Positions 16,797 through 25,530 of a DNA stretch of 64,000 bases are shown here, one piece after another. The DNA comes from Bacillota bacterium (GTDB lineage Bacteria > Bacillota > Dehalobacteriia > UBA4068), in assembly GCA_030527285.1 (NCBI GenBank), contig JAUNBC010000007.1:13335-77334 (forward strand). Direction: 5' to 3'. The notes under the pieces were generated by a model, which worked only from the letters and a program-made list of their open reading frames with translations, did no database searches and was not told the origin of the DNA. Made by a program: the position numbers and the translations under genes. How positions within the stretch are numbered: position 1 is the stretch's first letter; each line of letters begins with the position of its first letter.

Positions 16797-16857
16797 TTGA
16801 CAAATCGTGCGCCGCCTATTATACTAATCTCAGAATATATATGTAAGTATATATTCT
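16797..16857 (+). promoter_or_regulatory. Consensus promoter with a perfect 10-6-10 inverted repeat operator or leader hairpin
   Basis: TTGACA (16797-16802), 17 nt, TATACT (16820-16825), then AGAATATATA-TGTAAG-TATATATTCT (16832-16857). Confidence 0.5.
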
Positions 16858-16892
16858 CACGAAAAGAGAATAGAAGAGAGAGGAGAACGAAA

Positions 16893-17981
16893 ATGAAACA
16901 CAAGCTATTGATGCTGCTGCTCTGCCTGCTGCTCAGCCTGTGCCTGCTGGCCGCCTGCGCTCAGACGCAGGAACCGGCGGTTGACGAGCAGGAGCAGGAA
17001 CAGCCTGAGGCGACGACGCGCGAGCTCGTCGACATGGCTGGGCGCACCATCACCCTGCCATCAGAAGTGGCCACCGGTCTTGGCACCGGCGCCATCGGCA
17101 GCTACATGCTCTACACACTGGATCCGGACACCATGGTCGGCGTCAACTATGAGTTCAACGACCAGGAGAAGGCCTATATCCTCGAAGCCTACCATGACCT
17201 GCCCAGCTTTGGCCAGGGCGACGGCTTCAACCTTGAAGCCGTGGTGGCCGCCGCGCCGGATGTGCTGATCAACTACGGCTCCGTCAACGACGCCACCATC
17301 AGCTCGGCTGACGACATTCAGGCTCAGACCGGTATCCCCTGCGTGGTGCTGAACAGCGATATGGAAGAAACGGCAGCCGCCTACCGCATGCTGGGCGAGA
17401 TCTTCGGCATGCCGGAGCGGGCTGAGGAGCTGGCTGTCTATGCTGAAGAAGCCCTGGCCTTCGCGGAGTCCATCGATATCCCCGAAGAAGAACGGGTCAG
17501 CGTCTATTTCGGCAATGGACTGGAAAATCTGGAGACGGCGCCGGTCGGTTCCTGGCACGCTAGCCTGCTGGAGCTGGTTGACGCCATCAACGTGGCCGTG
17601 GTCGAAGGCGAGGTCACGAACCGTATCGACGTCAGCGCTGAGCAGGTCATCGGCTGGAATCCCGAGGTGGTGCTGCTCAACGGCGAACCGACGGAGGATC
17701 TCTCGCCTGTTCAGGCCGTGGAAGCCTTCCTGGCCGATGCGCGCTACCAGAACGTGCAGGCTGTGGTCAACGATCAGGTCTATGCCATCCCTAAATATCC
17801 CTACTCCTGGTTTGACCGTCCTCCCGGACCCAACCGCCTCATCGGCATCTATTGGCTGGCCGAGCTGCTGTATCCGGAGAATTTCGATCTGGATATCAAG
17901 GCTGAGGCGCGCGAATTCTACGCCCTTTATTATCATATGGAGCTCAGCGACGAGCAGCTCGTCGACCTGTTAGGCTACTGA
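16893..17981 (+). CDS. Periplasmic-binding-protein (class III, siderophore/B12-type) lipoprotein
   Basis: An internal ATG after GAGAGGAGAA gives MKHKLLMLLLCLLLSLCLLAAC (lipobox), followed by an acidic linker and a PBP fold. Confidence 0.8.
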   Translation: MKHKLLMLLLCLLLSLCLLAACAQTQEPAVDEQEQEQPEATTRELVDMAGRTITLPSEVATGLGTGAIGSYMLYTLDPDTMVGVNYEFNDQEKAYILEAYHDLPSFGQGDGFNLEAVVAAAPDVLINYGSVNDATISSADDIQAQTGIPCVVLNSDMEETAAAYRMLGEIFGMPERAEELAVYAEEALAFAESIDIPEEERVSVYFGNGLENLETAPVGSWHASLLELVDAINVAVVEGEVTNRIDVSAEQVIGWNPEVVLLNGEPTEDLSPVQAVEAFLADARYQNVQAVVNDQVYAIPKYPYSWFDRPPGPNRLIGIYWLAELLYPENFDLDIKAEAREFYALYYHMELSDEQLVDLLGY

Positions 17982-18070
17982 TCCCCGCTTGAAATAGCGG
18001 TAAAGGTGATTGCCCTTGTTACACACACTGGAGAATAACTGCGTCTTTTTTGCACGCACATGACGCAACA

Positions 18071-18100
18071 AAAAGCCATCCTTTGAGGATGGCTTTTTGC
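18071..18100. terminator. Bidirectional terminator hairpin
   Basis: AAAAAGCCATCC-TTTGA-GGATGGCTTTTT. Confidence 0.6.
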
Positions 18101-18117
18101 TATGGTGATTGGCAGCG

Positions 18118-18278
18118 TCTGAGCTGCGGCTCGGCGAAGCAAAGGCCAGCTTCAGGCCAACTAACCCCACCAGAACACAAGGCCGCCTGCAAAGGCGGTC
18201 TTGTGTTTTACTATAATCAGGAGTGCCTGAGCTGCGGCTCTGCGAAGCAAAGGCCAACTTCAGGCCAACCAACCCCGC
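18118..18278 (+). repeat. Distal tRNA-Val-linked units: core, 16-nt fragment, hairpin B, core, degenerate fragment
   Basis: Cores at 18118-18156 and 18226-18264. CCAACTAACCCCACCA at 18157-18172. Hairpin B at 18173-18208. CCAACCAACCCCGC at 18265-18278. Confidence 0.9.
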
Positions 18279-18441
18279 TTCATCGTTTCGCTGGCCAATT
18301 TCTTGCGTTCCGGCGTGTACCGCTTATTCGGTACTTGCTTTGGAAATAGCGACGCCCCATTTGTTTTTCAGTATGCAATACTGTCAAACGAATAGGGCGC
18401 CATTTATCATTTCTTACATATGTTTATTCTCATTAGGTTCG

Positions 18442-19446
18442 CTAAACTCTGATCAGTTTGAGAATATTACCGGTTTTATGAAAATTCAGCGTTTGTATAT
18501 AAAGATTTCCTTGCTCATCGCCGCAGATCCCATGCGCCATCAAAGGAGAATTTTCATAACCAAGCTGCGATACGATATTCATATCCATATCAAGAATAGT
18601 AATACCGCCGTCCACCTCGCCAACGAAAACATTTTCTGTATTGGCCCAAATATCCGCTGGTTTATAAATCAAATCCTTTATCACGGCAAGTAGTTCGCCT
18701 GCGGTAGAAAAAACTTGTATACGGCTGTTTTCCCTATCTGCTAACCACAGGCGCTCCATCCTATCTATCCATAAACCATGGGGCAAACGAAACTCCCCAT
18801 CATTGTTTCCGGGATTGCCCCATGTCTTGGTCAACGTGCCGTCAGCGGAAAACTTGTGTATCGCGGCATTACCATAGCCATCGGCGGCAAAAAAATCTCC
18901 CGTTGATGATTCTATCATTTTAGCCGGTTGATTAAAGGGCGCTCCGGTACGCTTGATAGTTCTTAATCCATCAACTGGAGAAAAAGCAGCGTTAAAATGT
19001 ATGTCGTTCGGTATCCCATATTCCCTTTTGAGCCAAGAACAAACGTCCTGCTCATATCCGGTATCAGAAGGATGATTTATAACGCCAAAATCGCGCAGCA
19101 GTTGGCCATCAGCATCAATTTCACGCACGATATGCCGCTTTTTATCGGTACACAATACCGTGTTGCGCGGCGTAACAAATATTCCGTGCAAATCATCGCT
19201 AAACAAGCCTTGCCCCAAAGACTGCTGATAATTGCCGTTAGCATCAAAGACGATAATCGGATTGTTTATATCGCGAGTTGATACGTACAAATTGCCGCGG
19301 CAATCAAAACAGCCGGAGACTACCGTACTTTTTCTCAGATATTCGGGCCATTTCGCCCAGCCGCAATCCAATTTATAGGAGAAGCCCCTATTACTAAAAA
19401 CCACATCGGCTTCCGCCGTCCGGTATTTATTACCGTATATGTCCAT
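18442..19446 (-). CDS. NHL-repeat six-bladed beta-propeller, peptidyl-alpha-hydroxyglycine alpha-amidating lyase (PAL)-like
   Basis: 334 aa. The stretch GDFFAADGYGNAAIHKFSADGTLTKTWG..GEFRLPHGLWID..LWLADRENSRIQVF parallels, from my memory of rat PAL, GAVFVSDGYCNSRIVQFSPSGKFVTQWG..GQFSVPHSLAL..LCVADRENGRIQCF. Three HG motifs (H87, H223, H305), DGY191 and ADR238EN. Confidence 0.7.
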   Translation of the reverse strand: MDIYGNKYRTAEADVVFSNRGFSYKLDCGWAKWPEYLRKSTVVSGCFDCRGNLYVSTRDINNPIIVFDANGNYQQSLGQGLFSDDLHGIFVTPRNTVLCTDKKRHIVREIDADGQLLRDFGVINHPSDTGYEQDVCSWLKREYGIPNDIHFNAAFSPVDGLRTIKRTGAPFNQPAKMIESSTGDFFAADGYGNAAIHKFSADGTLTKTWGNPGNNDGEFRLPHGLWIDRMERLWLADRENSRIQVFSTAGELLAVIKDLIYKPADIWANTENVFVGEVDGGITILDMDMNIVSQLGYENSPLMAHGICGDEQGNLYIQTLNFHKTGNILKLIRV

Positions 19447-19617
19447 TCACGTGAACCTCCCGCTTGTTTTCACTAAAAAGAAAGGGCGACGCCTATCTGC
19501 GCCACCCTCCTTTTTAGCTCAGACGCCCTGTTCATCCATAATCTGTGCTTTTCTATCCTATGGAAAAAAGAGGGGACGTATTAAATCAATGAATTTCCGC
19601 AAAACCTTACGGCTAAA

Positions 19618-21015
19618 CTATGCTTTCCTGTTTGCCATATGGCTCCATACCGGCTTGCCCCAATGCTTTGTTCCGCTGGCCTCCGGATCGACCACGCCTT
19701 CATCCATTACTACTTTGCCTCTCAGGATAGTGTAATTAAGCTTGCATCCTAAAATGTCGTCATCGTAGATCTTGGTATTGGGTGTAAACTCACAACGCAT
19801 TTGATCGTGCAAATCAAAAATCACCAGATCGCCATCAGAGCCCGGTTGTATAACCCCTTTTTGCGGATAAATATTGAAGCATTTTGCGGGGTTCTCACAA
19901 CATAGCTGAACTACTCTCTCCAGCGTTATACCACGCTCTCCTTTAACTACTTCGTTTATCATCAGCGGCAACCGCAGGTTTATGCCTTGAAACCCTGATA
20001 TACCCAAGAAAATATTTTCGTTACCTCTTTCATTCTCTTCTCTTGTGTCGTCGCCATGATCGCTGCCGATCCAATCGACAGTTCCGTCTAAGACGTATTC
20101 CCATATGGCGTCGATAGTCTCCTGGTTTCGCAGAGGCGGGTTGCATTTTCCGTAAGCCTTATGCTTGACTACTTCTTCTTCTGTTTTGAGAAGATAATGC
20201 GGGCAAGTCTCCAAGAAAACTTTTTTGTTTTTAGCTTTGGCTTCTTTCGCCATTTGCATAGCTTCCGGCGTAGAGATATGAGCCAGAAGCAGGGCGCAAC
20301 CCGTTGCATCGGCAATCGTCATCAGCTTTTGCACTTCCAAGTATTCAGATATGGGCGGTCTGGACAAAGAATGATACTTTCCGTCCACCTTGCCCTCGCT
20401 GATAAACTTGTTTATCAAACTGCTGATTATATCATTGTTCTCCGCGTGCGAAGCCAGCATTAAGCCTGTTTTGGCGATTTCCGTCATACCCACTAACACT
20501 TCATAATCTGTGGACATGGTCAAGCCAGTAAATTCTTTTTCCCTTCCCGGAAGCGGTTCATGCAAAAATGTCTTATATGCTATCGCGCCCGCCTCCGCTA
20601 AGTCAACGATATTTTCGGGAAACTCTCCGCCGGCAGCCCCATAAAACGCATAGTCTACAACGCTACCGCGCTCTTCAACAACTTTAAACCTGTTCAAAAA
20701 GATATCTTTATTATACGGCGGAGGCGAGGAAACCGGATGCTCAAGAATGGTGGTCGTGCCGCCTCTTGCCGCCAACATCGATTCCGAATCCCATTTAGCC
20801 CGTCCCGGAATGGTGGGATCACGAAAATGGACATGGGGATCGATACCGCCAGGGATAACATATTTACCTTCGGCATCGATCGTTTTCTCCGCTTTCGGTA
20901 AACAACCCGGCTCCGTGATCATCGCAAATTTTTCGTCTTTGATGCCAATGTCGACTTTCTTAAATACTCCGCCAACATATGCCGTACCATTAATGACCGC
21001 AAGATCTAATTCCAT
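19618..21015 (-). CDS. Cyclic amidohydrolase (allantoinase/hydantoinase/dihydropyrimidinase family)
   Basis: 465 aa. Metal ligands in family order: HVHFRD, AYKTF (carbamylated Lys), ASHAE, LAHIS, GSDHG. Confidence 0.8.
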   Translation of the reverse strand: MELDLAVINGTAYVGGVFKKVDIGIKDEKFAMITEPGCLPKAEKTIDAEGKYVIPGGIDPHVHFRDPTIPGRAKWDSESMLAARGGTTTILEHPVSSPPPYNKDIFLNRFKVVEERGSVVDYAFYGAAGGEFPENIVDLAEAGAIAYKTFLHEPLPGREKEFTGLTMSTDYEVLVGMTEIAKTGLMLASHAENNDIISSLINKFISEGKVDGKYHSLSRPPISEYLEVQKLMTIADATGCALLLAHISTPEAMQMAKEAKAKNKKVFLETCPHYLLKTEEEVVKHKAYGKCNPPLRNQETIDAIWEYVLDGTVDWIGSDHGDDTREENERGNENIFLGISGFQGINLRLPLMINEVVKGERGITLERVVQLCCENPAKCFNIYPQKGVIQPGSDGDLVIFDLHDQMRCEFTPNTKIYDDDILGCKLNYTILRGKVVMDEGVVDPEASGTKHWGKPVWSHMANRKA

Positions 21016-21057
21016 TTTTGGCCCCCCGATTCATTTGGTTTCTGCAAACAATCTTTG

Positions 21058-22092
21058 CTATTCCGCATTTAATAGATTAACGTATATCTCATACACTTCG
21101 GGGTCAACATTTTCTTCGATCAACGGCCAAGTGGTTTTTGCCAGATCAGCAAAAGCCTGTCTTTGTTCCTCCGTCAGATCAACAAAGATGATGCCTGCTT
21201 CTTCAAGTAATTCTCTGCTTTCCACCAAGCCCGCATCGGCAAATTCCCTTGACCAGTCAAACGCGACAGCGGCGGCTTCGTTCAGCAGCTGTTGAATATC
21301 CGCCGGCAAAGAATTCCAGAATTCCAGATTGATGATAATCGGGCAGGTAAGATGAATATGACTCGTCATGGTCACGTACTTTTGCTGCTCATAATACTTG
21401 TCGAAATAAATCGATTGCAGCGGATTTTCCTGAGCGTCAACAATCCCTTGCTGCAAAGCCACATAAATCTCACTTCCGGGTATCGGCGTCGGGTTGGCGC
21501 CCATAGCCTGCCAGGCCGCTATATGATACTTATTATCCATCGTTCTAAGAGTTAAGCCGTTCAAATCCTCCGGAGTTTCGATCATTATATTTGAGGACAA
21601 TTCTCTAAAATGCCCGTCAGTAATGCCCATCAACTTAATTCCAGCCGCCTCGTATTTCTCGTTGAGGATGGCTAACAATTCCGGATCAGCGATAACTTCT
21701 CTGGCATGTTCAGCGCTCTTATAAGCAAACGCCATGTCAAAGATCGCCAGATCGGGAATGAAGTTAGCCTGCGCCGCGGCAGTACCCACATGCATGGTAA
21801 CGCTGCCAGTCTGAAGCCCCTCGATGATCTCTCTTTCCGAGCCAAGCTGAGCGTTAGGATATACGCTGACTACAACCCGACCATCGGCATGCTCATCAAT
21901 GTATTCCTTAAACTTGATGCAATACTGCGAAACTGTTGTTTCCTCGGCGCTGCCGGTTGCTAAAATCATTTCATATACGGTCGCATCATCTACAACCGCC
22001 TCACCGCTGTCAGCGGGATCGTCTGTGGCGCAAGCTGCAAATACTAACGCGACCAAGACTAAAGCAAATAATAAGCCAATCATTTTTTTCAT
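21058..22092 (-). CDS. dctP: TRAP transporter substrate-binding protein (DctP family), lipoprotein
   Basis: Start MKKMIGLLFALVLVALVFAAC after GGAAGGTG, followed by a DctP-type fold. Track start 22113 is an alternative. Confidence 0.8.
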   Translation of the reverse strand: MKKMIGLLFALVLVALVFAACATDDPADSGEAVVDDATVYEMILATGSAEETTVSQYCIKFKEYIDEHADGRVVVSVYPNAQLGSEREIIEGLQTGSVTMHVGTAAAQANFIPDLAIFDMAFAYKSAEHAREVIADPELLAILNEKYEAAGIKLMGITDGHFRELSSNIMIETPEDLNGLTLRTMDNKYHIAAWQAMGANPTPIPGSEIYVALQQGIVDAQENPLQSIYFDKYYEQQKYVTMTSHIHLTCPIIINLEFWNSLPADIQQLLNEAAAVAFDWSREFADAGLVESRELLEEAGIIFVDLTEEQRQAFADLAKTTWPLIEENVDPEVYEIYVNLLNAE

Positions 22093-22333
22093 TTTTTTCA
22101 CCTTCCCATACATTATTTTTTGATATTCAATACCGTTTTGCGCTTATGCTTCATCGAATAATCATTTTTCATACCTCCCAGCAAAAATTATTATCCAAAA
22201 TACATCCAGTACCATATAGAATATACGTTCGTTGCAAGCATCAGTTATCTACTTAACAACAACTTTTAACCTGTATCATTATTGCGCACGCTGCGAGGAT
22301 TACACTCAGCGTCTAAGCGCCCCTGACGAGAAA

Positions 22334-23623
22334 TCATTTGAGCAGCACTAAGCTTAATTCCGGAATAAATGTTACGATCAGCAACGCCACAATAAATGAA
22401 ATAATAGCCGGTACAGCTTTTTTGGCAATAGACAGCACCGGTACGTCGCTTATCCTGCTTGCCACAAATAAGTTAGCGCCAATGGGCGGTGTAATGAAGC
22501 CTATGGCAAAAGTAATTACCATTACGACGCCAAAGTGAATCGGGTCTATACCTACTGCGTTTACTATTGGCATACAGATCGGCGCAAGGATCATGATCGC
22601 AACCAGGCCATCCATAAGCATACCCACAATCGTGCAGAAGCCAATGAGTATTAAGAACACTCCAACCGGCGTTGATACCATAGACAGCAAAGTTTCTGTT
22701 AATTGCTGCGGCACCTGCATCAAGGTAAGCACTCTCCCGAAAACCAGTCCCGCAGACATTATCACCATTAACGGACCAATAGAGCATATGGAGTCTTTAG
22801 TAACTCGAATAATGTCCTTGATACTTAACGAACGATAAATAAAGCATCCAACTATCAGAGCATAAACAACTGAAACGTCTGCTGCTTCTGTAGGAGTGAC
22901 GATGCCGCCATAAATACCGCCAAGGATTATTACCGGTGATAATAGCGCCCAAAAACTGTTCTTGAACAGCTGCCAGAAGCTCATCTTTCGTAATTCAACG
23001 TAGTTCTCCAGCAGTTTTTCTTTATCTTCGCCCTTTTTCTTGCAATAGTAATAGGCGTACAGCATCATGCACAAACCCATGATTATGCCCGGAATAATAC
23101 CGGCAATAAACAGGTCGCCCACAGACTCCCCTGTCGCAACACCAAAAACGATAAACGGAATGCTTGGGGGAATGATTACCCCCAAAGAACCAGCGACGGC
23201 TACAATGGCAACTACCCAATTCTTTTCGTACCCGAAATTGACCAAAATCGGGATTGTCATAACGCCGACCGCCGCTACTGTAGCCCCTGCGGAACCACAG
23301 ATAGCGCCATAAAACAAACAGGTGGCAATGATCGCTATCGGCAACCCGCCTGTTTTATTACCGGCAAAATATGCAATAAAATCGAATATCTTTTTTGATA
23401 TACCGCTGGCTGCCATCAGGTTTCCGGATAAAACAAAAAGCGGTATTGCAAGCAAGGTGAACGAATCGATACCTGTTATCATACTGCGGAAAACATATAC
23501 GGCGTCAGCTGCAAATGACGGCAGCACCATAGACGGAACCAGCGAAGATAAGGCTATCGAAATACCAATAGGTACTCCCACCAGTAAAGTAATCAAAAAA
23601 ACCGCAAACACATATGCTGTCAC
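22334..23623 (-). CDS. dctM: TRAP transporter large permease (DctM)
   Basis: 429 aa, about 12 TM segments, typical DctM composition. Start abuts the dctQ stop. Confidence 0.85.
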   Translation of the reverse strand: MTAYVFAVFLITLLVGVPIGISIALSSLVPSMVLPSFAADAVYVFRSMITGIDSFTLLAIPLFVLSGNLMAASGISKKIFDFIAYFAGNKTGGLPIAIIATCLFYGAICGSAGATVAAVGVMTIPILVNFGYEKNWVVAIVAVAGSLGVIIPPSIPFIVFGVATGESVGDLFIAGIIPGIIMGLCMMLYAYYYCKKKGEDKEKLLENYVELRKMSFWQLFKNSFWALLSPVIILGGIYGGIVTPTEAADVSVVYALIVGCFIYRSLSIKDIIRVTKDSICSIGPLMVIMSAGLVFGRVLTLMQVPQQLTETLLSMVSTPVGVFLILIGFCTIVGMLMDGLVAIMILAPICMPIVNAVGIDPIHFGVVMVITFAIGFITPPIGANLFVASRISDVPVLSIAKKAVPAIISFIVALLIVTFIPELSLVLLK

Positions 23624-24111
23624 TAATCCGCCCTCCTTTGACTAAATCTATAAAGCTTTTTAATATATTTCTCAATAAATCTGACTAAAGAAAAGAAAAT
23701 CCCCACCAGAAAAGACAAATATACTAAATACATGGGAATACTGAGGGCGGCGCTGGTTTGATTGCTGTTGATTAGATAATTTATCACTTCTATTCCCGGC
23801 TTTATCATATATACGATAAAAACGACAAATAAGATATCGCCAAATATTAATAAGAATTTTTTTGTTTTCGGGAAAAAAGACTCTACTAAATCCAGCCGGA
23901 TGTGAGTGTTGTTATTGATCCCGTAGCTAAGCGCCAAAAAAGAAAACCAAATGAAAATGTATCTCGACAGTTCGTCAGACCAAGATAAAGATGAATGGAA
24001 AACATACCTCATTATGACAGATATGCCCATGATCAATACTATTGCCCATAAGGCGCTGCCCATAATTATCCCTTCAAAATTATCGTCAATCCATTTTAAG
24101 GCTTTTTTCAT
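23623..24111 (-). CDS. dctQ: TRAP transporter small permease (DctQ)
   Basis: Internal start MKKALKWIDDNFEG after AGGAGGAGAAAA. Four TM segments, about 162 aa. Confidence 0.75.
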   Translation of the reverse strand: MKKALKWIDDNFEGIIMGSALWAIVLIMGISVIMRYVFHSSLSWSDELSRYIFIWFSFLALSYGINNNTHIRLDLVESFFPKTKKFLLIFGDILFVVFIVYMIKPGIEVINYLINSNQTSAALSIPMYLVYLSFLVGIFFSLVRFIEKYIKKLYRFSQRRAD

Positions 24112-24193
24112 TTTTCTCCTCCTGTGCTCAGATCCTGTACTCAGATAATAGCCGCCATTATACAATCAGCACGAGAAATAATTCTGGGGTCCA

Positions 24194-25393
24194 TCAAATA
24201 TCCGCTTCATCGATCCTGATAATAGTTTCCAATAATAAATCAGTTCCTATCTTGATATCTTCCATTGCCGAAAACTCTTCAGGACTATGGCTGACGCCAT
24301 TCTTACTGGGCACAAATATCATTACCGTAGGCACATGCAAGCCAAATTCCTTCGCGTCATGCCCTGCGGAGCTGCCCATGGTTTTATATTTCTGGCCATT
24401 TTCTTTGCATATGCTCTCTACTATGTCTACTAAACGCTCATCCATGGCCACGGCCGGTTTATAAACGTGCAGGTTGTAGCTGATCTTGCATCTGGTTTCT
24501 TTATTAGCTTCCTTCTGTACTTCGCAAATGAATTCTTCCATATTCTTTGAGCTAAAATCTCTAATCGAAAGAGATAATTCCACTCGTCCGGGAATAACAT
24601 TAGACGCATTTGGAAACACGTTTAATTCTCCCACCGTCCATACAAAAGGATGTGGATACTTTTTGGCTATCTCTTCAACTTTACATAGAAACTTGGCCGC
24701 GCACATGACCGCGTCTTTTCTTTTATTCATGGGCGTGCAGCCGGCATGATTGGCTTCGCCAATTATTGTAATATGGTACGTCATGATCCCAACTATGTTA
24801 TTCACAATACCCACCGGGATGCGCTCATCGTCGAGCACTTTCCCTTGCTCGATATGCAGCTCCAAAAAAGCCTTGATTTTGGAAGTATCTGCTCTCAACT
24901 CTAAAACGCGGGGATCAATGCCGAGCTTCTGTAATTCTAACAAAACCTCTTCCGTTTGGGTGTTCTCGCGGCCTAACAAAACCCTGCTGCTGAAGCACCC
25001 GCCTAATTCGGGTAGTTCTTCACAGTTTAAGGCAATTATTTCCAGAGGATGCCGCGTATAGTATGAATTATCATTCAACGTATTAAGACATTCCAACGCC
25101 GCTGCGACGCCTAAGTTGCCGTCAAAAATGCCGCCATTTACAACCGTGTCCAAATGTGAACCTAATACGATCGCCGGCAGATCGTTATTCTTACCCTCTC
25201 TTCTGCCGATTACATTTCCCAGTTCATCCATATGCACCGTCAGATTTGCGGCCTTCATCTGTTGTGCCAAGACTTCTGCGGCTTGATAGTATTCTTTACT
25301 CCAGGCAACTCTGGTAATACCGCCATGCTCGTTTTTGCCGATATTACCTACTGCGTAAAGATTTTTTTCTAATCTAAAAATATTGGTCTCCAT
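24194..25393 (-). CDS. M20-family amidase, allantoate amidohydrolase/N-carbamoyl-amino-acid hydrolase type
   Basis: Start METNIF after AGGAGG. GGITRVAWSKEY..VLGSHLDTVVNGGIFDGNLGV is typical of the AllC/AmaB (hydantoinase/carbamoylase) family. Confidence 0.8.
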   Translation of the reverse strand: METNIFRLEKNLYAVGNIGKNEHGGITRVAWSKEYYQAAEVLAQQMKAANLTVHMDELGNVIGRREGKNNDLPAIVLGSHLDTVVNGGIFDGNLGVAAALECLNTLNDNSYYTRHPLEIIALNCEELPELGGCFSSRVLLGRENTQTEEVLLELQKLGIDPRVLELRADTSKIKAFLELHIEQGKVLDDERIPVGIVNNIVGIMTYHITIIGEANHAGCTPMNKRKDAVMCAAKFLCKVEEIAKKYPHPFVWTVGELNVFPNASNVIPGRVELSLSIRDFSSKNMEEFICEVQKEANKETRCKISYNLHVYKPAVAMDERLVDIVESICKENGQKYKTMGSSAGHDAKEFGLHVPTVMIFVPSKNGVSHSPEEFSAMEDIKIGTDLLLETIIRIDEADI

Positions 25394-25530
25394 TTTTCCT
25401 CCTGCTTTCACGGTATGAATGCGCCATCTTTATTTCGAACACAAACCCGGCAGCAATGAAAGAGCAAATAATTATCTTGGTTATTGACGCCTCAGACAAA
25501 CTATCGAATTAAAGACTCCAAATGCCATTA

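Larger units (their letters stand above)
12391..18278 (+). mobile_element. Composite islet downstream of tRNA-Val, bounded by tRNA-Val 3'-fragment direct repeats (no recombinase gene)
   Basis: The inner boundary is the tRNA 3' end. The outer boundary is a degenerate fragment, CCAACCAACCCCGC (18265-18278). 108-nt repeats at 12481 and 18157. Cargo is an ABC-F gene plus an iron ABC importer of different composition. Confidence 0.55.
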
